A stretch of DNA of 64,000 nucleotides, taken from Candidatus Thorarchaeota archaeon (GTDB lineage Archaea > Asgardarchaeota > Thorarchaeia > Thorarchaeales > Thorarchaeaceae). Where the stretch lies: positions 14,504-78,503 of the forward strand of contig JBHLRQ010000003.1 of assembly GCA_048882385.1 (NCBI GenBank), in the 5' to 3' direction. The notes under the pieces were generated by a model. The model saw nothing but the letters and a program-made list of their open reading frames with translations, had not been told where the DNA came from and made no database searches. Below are positions 59,043 to 64,000 of this stretch, one piece after another; position 1 is the stretch's first letter, and each line of letters opens with the position of its first letter. A program made the position numbers and the translations under genes.

Positions 59043-59426
59043 TTGAATAATGAAGAAACTCAAATCTTTCCAATTCTGAGGGGCGAGTCTGTCAGTGAGA
59101 GTGGAGAGTTTTCTGGTAGAGCTGTAATCATTTGCGAGCCTGATGATCTCACACGTGATTGGGCTGAAGACTCCATTGCAATATTGCATAAGGATCTGGA
59201 ATTATATTTCACCGAAAATCCTGCCGCTCTGGATTCCCTCTTCAAAGTAGTGACTGCTGTTCTCGCAGAATTCGGAGAATCGATTAGTCCTTTTGCATCA
59301 TATGCAACTCAACATGGAGCAATCGCAGTAATAAAGGTCGGCGATGCTACGCATGTTCTTGAGGATGACATGCATATTCGTGTGGAAGCAATCGAGAATC
59401 AGGGCGATGTTTACTTCATTGATTAA
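59043..59426 (+). CDS. Stand-alone PEP-utilizing swivel-like domain lacking the phosphoryl-His
   Basis: GRAVI...AVLAEFGESISPFASYA...AV..VGDAT..L.D aligns with GG.TSHAAI.ARE. Confidence 0.6.
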   Translation: MNNEETQIFPILRGESVSESGEFSGRAVIICEPDDLTRDWAEDSIAILHKDLELYFTENPAALDSLFKVVTAVLAEFGESISPFASYATQHGAIAVIKVGDATHVLEDDMHIRVEAIENQGDVYFID

Positions 59427-59508
59427 CCATCAATACGATATTTCGGGGTCGCTTTAATCAGCAAGGCTTTATGCTACTCTTTGACGGTGAGAGTAAGAGG
59501 CAAACTGC

Positions 59509-60531
59509 ATGCGCCGATTGGAGGAGGAGTCCACTAGGAGACAGATTGTTGTGGATAGGTCTGCGGCTCGAATGAGTCACCTCAAAACTTTGGCTTTTAC
59601 TCTTCTCATGACTTCAGTCTACACAGTGTTTCTCTGGTTCCTGTGTTATACTAGACCATCAGTAGCTTCCTCTCTCCTATTATTTGGTTCTCAAATTGCA
59701 ATTGGTTTTCCTGCAACTCGTGCATATTATGAATGGGGGATTTCCAATAAAGAGAAACTACATTTTCTAGATCCAGCGAAAATGAACGGAAAAGGGAAGC
59801 AACTTGAAATAGACATTCATCTGGGAGACCTGGCTTTATTGTTTGAGAAAATGCAGCTCAAGGTCAATAAATACGACAAGGGAAGCTTCGATGACCTTAA
59901 TGATTTGGCGTGGTTTGGTATCTTTGTTTGGTCGGCACTCTCATCATCACTTTTCTTTCTCAATATCGGCGGCTATCCCATCTGCATTGGTGGTTCGTTA
60001 GTTCTAGTTTTGACCTGTACTGCGAGTTATTTGAGTGGTTATTGGAAACAGAGAAACCAGTCTTTTGAGGATGATTTGAATCATCTTCAGTATTACGTTG
60101 AGAAACGCTACAAAGACTTGGATGAGCACTTGCCTAGGAAAGGTTCACGGATCTACATTCAAATGGTGAAGAAAAGGAGGAAATTTGTTCTAACCGACTT
60201 CAGTATAGAGATCTCATTAGGAGGTAATAATGCCATAGAATACCACATGGGCTTGTCATCAACAGAGAAAGAGCGTATCTTAGTTAAGGCTGAGGATGCA
60301 GTTTTGAATCGAATATACAATAGAACAAAAGAAATGCCGGCTTTTGTTGAAAATGGATGGGTTATTGAACGAATAATGACTTTATCCGGTCCAATTGTTC
60401 GGATACTAAATCAGTCATCGGATTTCTCTCTATTGAATAGAGTATCATACATCAAAAGCCCCTCAATCATAGATGAATCCTCAATAATTGTGGAAACCAT
60501 CTTTTCCAATGTGTTGAAGTTTGCATCTTAG
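59509..60531 (+). CDS. Hypothetical membrane protein (4 TM)
   Basis: Two hydrophobic hairpins plus a soluble C-terminal domain. Confidence 0.7.
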   Translation: MRRLEEESTRRQIVVDRSAARMSHLKTLAFTLLMTSVYTVFLWFLCYTRPSVASSLLLFGSQIAIGFPATRAYYEWGISNKEKLHFLDPAKMNGKGKQLEIDIHLGDLALLFEKMQLKVNKYDKGSFDDLNDLAWFGIFVWSALSSSLFFLNIGGYPICIGGSLVLVLTCTASYLSGYWKQRNQSFEDDLNHLQYYVEKRYKDLDEHLPRKGSRIYIQMVKKRRKFVLTDFSIEISLGGNNAIEYHMGLSSTEKERILVKAEDAVLNRIYNRTKEMPAFVENGWVIERIMTLSGPIVRILNQSSDFSLLNRVSYIKSPSIIDESSIIVETIFSNVLKFAS

Positions 60532-60631
60532 AATCATTGAACTCATAAGTGGAATCTATTACTAAACGAGTCATTCTATACCATAAGCTCTAAGACGCTA
60601 CCCGTAAACACATTAAACGAGGACTGCTTTC

Positions 60632-61954
60632 ATGAAAGTCAAGCTCAAAATTGAAAAACAATGGCTTGAACTGGAACGTAAGAGTATGTCCAAGATGCGG
60701 CAGGAATACGAAGCCTGGGAGCGTGAAACTCTAAAAAAAGCTCAAGAAGCTACTGACCTTAGCGGATTACGAGAAGTCTTCTATCAACTTGGTGATCGAT
60801 GGGAGTTCGACCAAGTAACCGGAGCTTGGCTCGGCAGTGGTGAACCACTTGACGCAGTAGGTTTAATTCTTAGACTACCTGGAATAGAGCCTACCAAGGA
60901 ACGATTTGTCCTCTATGCAATAATGGCTTACTCAAAAGGTTTCACTCAAAGCTTTGATCATTTGGGCGATAAAGAGCGGATAATTGTAGAACGAGATAAG
61001 AAGTCAGGAAAACTCTCTGCATGGAGCACTACTGGTCATGGCGCAATAGATATGTTCTCCTCCGATTTGTCAGCATTTGACACTCTTGAGAAAGCATTAG
61101 AAACCTGCAATCTTGTTGCTCAACCTGGAGATCATGCACTCAGGATAGAGGTCCCGGAGTCTTCAGGAATTTTGAATTTCATGATTAAAAGGCTCTGGGA
61201 AATTGCTGGAGGGAATATGGATTTCACAGTCAAGGCGATTGATGTACTTACTGACAACGATATTGAAAATTCGCTGGATTTCAAGTTCTATAGATATGCA
61301 AATTCAGTAGTTGAACTTGACAAGATTTGGAGAGAGCTTACAGAAGGAACTCTTGACAAAGCCAAAGAGAAGGTATTGGATAAAATTCCAGACCACATTG
61401 AAGCAAGAAACAAAATAACACTCAGGAAGATTGAGGGGCTTCTGCACGTGTTGTGGTTTAAGCCTCCGGTTGAGCAACTGCGTGCAATTCAAAAGATGCA
61501 TGACGAGCTAGCAACAGAACCAACACCAACTGATGTTCAACGAACCCTTAGACCATACATTGGAGAAGTTGCTTATGCTCTCGTCGATGTAACAGAGAAA
61601 GCCAAGTATCTGAAATGGAAGAGTGTCATTGAGAAGAAGGATTTCAGTAGAAGTGATGTTTTCAAAGGTTTCGATTTGTCTACCCTCGCAAGGGATGCCT
61701 TTGTTGTTGCTCTTGAAGACATCCTTCGTGAACATACGCTGGCCTATATTGGCTATCCTGAACGGGCAACAATGAAAGATAAAATCATGAGAATCTTTCT
61801 TAGCTCTTTGATACTCCCGCTCAGGCTATATTCCGCATTTAAGAACACTATGCTGAGATTCATCGATAGAACATTTCTACTCCCACTGCAGAAACGTCGA
61901 GCATCGACTCTTGCTGAAAGTAAGCCCAGTGATGAAGAAACTGTAGAAGATTGA
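60632..61954 (+). CDS. Hypothetical protein with Vps62/NPP1-like motifs
   Basis: DHLGDKE, STTGH, VAQPGDHA; helical C-terminal half. Confidence 0.55.
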   Translation: MKVKLKIEKQWLELERKSMSKMRQEYEAWERETLKKAQEATDLSGLREVFYQLGDRWEFDQVTGAWLGSGEPLDAVGLILRLPGIEPTKERFVLYAIMAYSKGFTQSFDHLGDKERIIVERDKKSGKLSAWSTTGHGAIDMFSSDLSAFDTLEKALETCNLVAQPGDHALRIEVPESSGILNFMIKRLWEIAGGNMDFTVKAIDVLTDNDIENSLDFKFYRYANSVVELDKIWRELTEGTLDKAKEKVLDKIPDHIEARNKITLRKIEGLLHVLWFKPPVEQLRAIQKMHDELATEPTPTDVQRTLRPYIGEVAYALVDVTEKAKYLKWKSVIEKKDFSRSDVFKGFDLSTLARDAFVVALEDILREHTLAYIGYPERATMKDKIMRIFLSSLILPLRLYSAFKNTMLRFIDRTFLLPLQKRRASTLAESKPSDEETVED

Positions 61955-62713
61955 TCATTTTGGTGCTTCTTTAAAGAGGTCAACTAGCTCCCATAATTCT
62001 CCCACAATGTGAGTGTCTTCAGGAGCTTTCTTTGCCTCCTCAGGATCGGCCCAGGTTGTGAGTACAGGAATCATACCCGCTCTCTTAGCTGCAAGAATGT
62101 CTGCATCAACCCTATTGCCAACAAATGCACAGCGTAATGGATTGACTCCAATTTCATCCGCTGCGAGAATGAGTGTATAGGGATATGGTTTAGAATAACC
62201 AGGAACTGAACTCCATTGAACAGTAGAGATGAAATCCAAGATCTCCCATTTCCTCAGGAGCTCTGTGGGGTCATCTTGACGTCTCGTACAGATTCCCAAT
62301 TGATAACCCCTGTTTCTTAGCTCTGAGAGAGTGGAGATCGCATTTGGTCTGAGGGACTCCCAATTACTCAGCTCTCTTTTCCAAAGCTTTTCAACGAAAA
62401 TCAGAGATTCATCAGAGATGCTATCAAAACCCAAAACCTCATACATCACACGATTCGCTCCGATCCAATGTTCCACCTCACTACCAAAATGAATGTGTAC
62501 ATTGTTATCAATCTGATACGGATTGAACCATTCAACGACCCTCTCTAGTGCTTCATTTATCTCATCATCAGTAAATTTGCCTAGATCGAATCCAGCCTCC
62601 TTGGATACTTTTCTTGTTAAAAACAGAATCCCTTCATTTTCATAAGTGATGGTTTCATGGAGATCAAGAAGAATCGCCTTGACCATACTCAATCTTTGTC
62701 TATTTTCTCCCAT
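61955..62713 (-). CDS. HAD-IA family hydrolase
   Basis: DLHET, SKP.P, FVGN....DI..A..AGM. Confidence 0.85.
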   Translation of the reverse strand: MGENRQRLSMVKAILLDLHETITYENEGILFLTRKVSKEAGFDLGKFTDDEINEALERVVEWFNPYQIDNNVHIHFGSEVEHWIGANRVMYEVLGFDSISDESLIFVEKLWKRELSNWESLRPNAISTLSELRNRGYQLGICTRRQDDPTELLRKWEILDFISTVQWSSVPGYSKPYPYTLILAADEIGVNPLRCAFVGNRVDADILAAKRAGMIPVLTTWADPEEAKKAPEDTHIVGELWELVDLFKEAPK

Positions 62714-62811
62714 ATGTGTTGAACTGCTGAGATACTAAAAAAGAGTGTGTTGAGAGGAATGCGACATACTCAATAGGGCATCGTATTTTCAAATTTGATG
62801 GAGTACAAGCG

Positions 62812-63996
62812 ATGCGTTTGGGAATAATCGGAAATGGCGTGGCTGCTACAACTGCTGTTCGTGAAATCCGAAATAAGGACCAGCAGGTCGAGATAGATGT
62901 CTTCACTGATGAACGTCACACGTACTATCCTCGACCAAATCTGATTGATCTTGTAGCAAACCGTCGAACAGTCAAAGAAACAATTCGTTATGATTTAGAT
63001 TGGTATGAAGAGAATGATGTGGACCTCTTCCTCTCTACTCCAGTATTTCAAATCGACACCGAGAAAAAAAGAGTCATATCCACATCCGAAGACTATGGCG
63101 ATTACGACTCGATCCTCATCGCGATAGGATGTCGGCCCTTTATTCCTCCCTTCGAAGGACTTCACAAAAACAATGTTCATGTGATTCGAACACTGGATGA
63201 TGCACTGGATATTCGAGAAGCCGTGAAAGGTGCTGGTAGAGAAATCATAATTGGCGGAGGGATCCTTGGAATCGAACTCGCAGCAGCAATGAAGGAAGTT
63301 GGCGGGGATCCTATTGTGGTAGACTATGCTGATCGCCTTCTCCCCATTCAACTAGATGACCAAGGTAGTAAGGTCCTGACGAAACAGATTGAGAAAAAGG
63401 GAATACAGGTTCTGTTTGGGTACGAGTGCAGAGGAATCACCGGAGAAGAAGATGCTGCAGGGATTGTATCAAAGCAAGGTGATGAGATCAAAGGCGACTT
63501 AGTTGTAATTGCTACTGGAGTTAGGTCTAATACAATCATCGCGAAGAATTCAGGTATTGATTATCATCACGGAATTACTGTTGACGATTATATGCAAACA
63601 TCAGCACCTGGTATTTTTGCAGCAGGAGATTGTATGGAGTGGAACAACCAATGGTTTGGCATTATTCCTTGGGCTACTGCAACTTCAAGAATCGCAGCAC
63701 AGAATATGTTGGAGTTTGGTAGTGCAAAGTTCGAAGGCATCACTCCGTCGAATCAATTACAGGTTGTAGGAATTGACCTTACGAGTATAGGCATTGTCCA
63801 TCCCGATTCACCTGATTATGAAACACACGTGTCAGTAGATATCGAAAATGGCAAGTATTTCAAAGCAGTTTTGAAGGACCATGTATTGGTTGGTGGTATC
63901 TCATTAGGAAGCCGCAAAGTAGCACTCAAACTCCGTAGTTTGATAATGAAGGGTGAGAAGATCGAGGACCACGAGTCTATCTTCGAGGATGCTTAG
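62812..63996 (+). CDS. NAD(P)/FAD-dependent oxidoreductase (NADH:rubredoxin/NirB-N-like)
   Basis: GNGVAA, IIGGGILGIE, ATGVR.N, T....IFAAGD. Confidence 0.9.
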   Translation: MRLGIIGNGVAATTAVREIRNKDQQVEIDVFTDERHTYYPRPNLIDLVANRRTVKETIRYDLDWYEENDVDLFLSTPVFQIDTEKKRVISTSEDYGDYDSILIAIGCRPFIPPFEGLHKNNVHVIRTLDDALDIREAVKGAGREIIIGGGILGIELAAAMKEVGGDPIVVDYADRLLPIQLDDQGSKVLTKQIEKKGIQVLFGYECRGITGEEDAAGIVSKQGDEIKGDLVVIATGVRSNTIIAKNSGIDYHHGITVDDYMQTSAPGIFAAGDCMEWNNQWFGIIPWATATSRIAAQNMLEFGSAKFEGITPSNQLQVVGIDLTSIGIVHPDSPDYETHVSVDIENGKYFKAVLKDHVLVGGISLGSRKVALKLRSLIMKGEKIEDHESIFEDA

Positions 63997-64000
63997 TCAA

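Noticed and set aside
1-64000. Numerous 60-170 aa antisense or alternate-frame ORFs in the track
   Set aside because: They lie within well-supported genes and show no independent motifs, so they are treated as shadow ORFs.

Overview
Archaeal chromosomal segment, most likely Asgard/Thorarchaeia-like. This is an inference from an archaeal PheRS-alpha, aRF1, a single-OB SSB, two roadblock/LC7 proteins, a tungsten AOR with a MoaD/SAMP protein, F420-type enzymes and TATA-type promoters. I found no rRNA, tRNA, CRISPR array or transposase. Layout: (i) 1-7.5 kb has housekeeping genes plus two oddities, a Cas4-like nuclease split over two membrane-anchored ORFs and a ~245-nt highly structured putative ncRNA upstream of ssb. 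(ii) ~7.5-36 kb is an anaerobic catabolic island with two GlcD/GlcF pairs, a glycyl-radical enzyme next to KDG kinase and KDPG aldolase, an aminotransferase, RraA, a UroD-like protein, an APC permease, a metallophosphoesterase plus nucleotidyltransferase, two DUF917 proteins, a hydantoin racemase, an MFS transporter, an F420-LLM enzyme and AOR. (iii) 36-64 kb is a mix of core and Asgard-type genes, including a signal-less gingipain-like protease, roadblock proteins, an EamA-RAM fusion, a His-less PEP swivel domain and a Vps62/NPP1-like protein. All calls are by eye from motifs; no searches were run.
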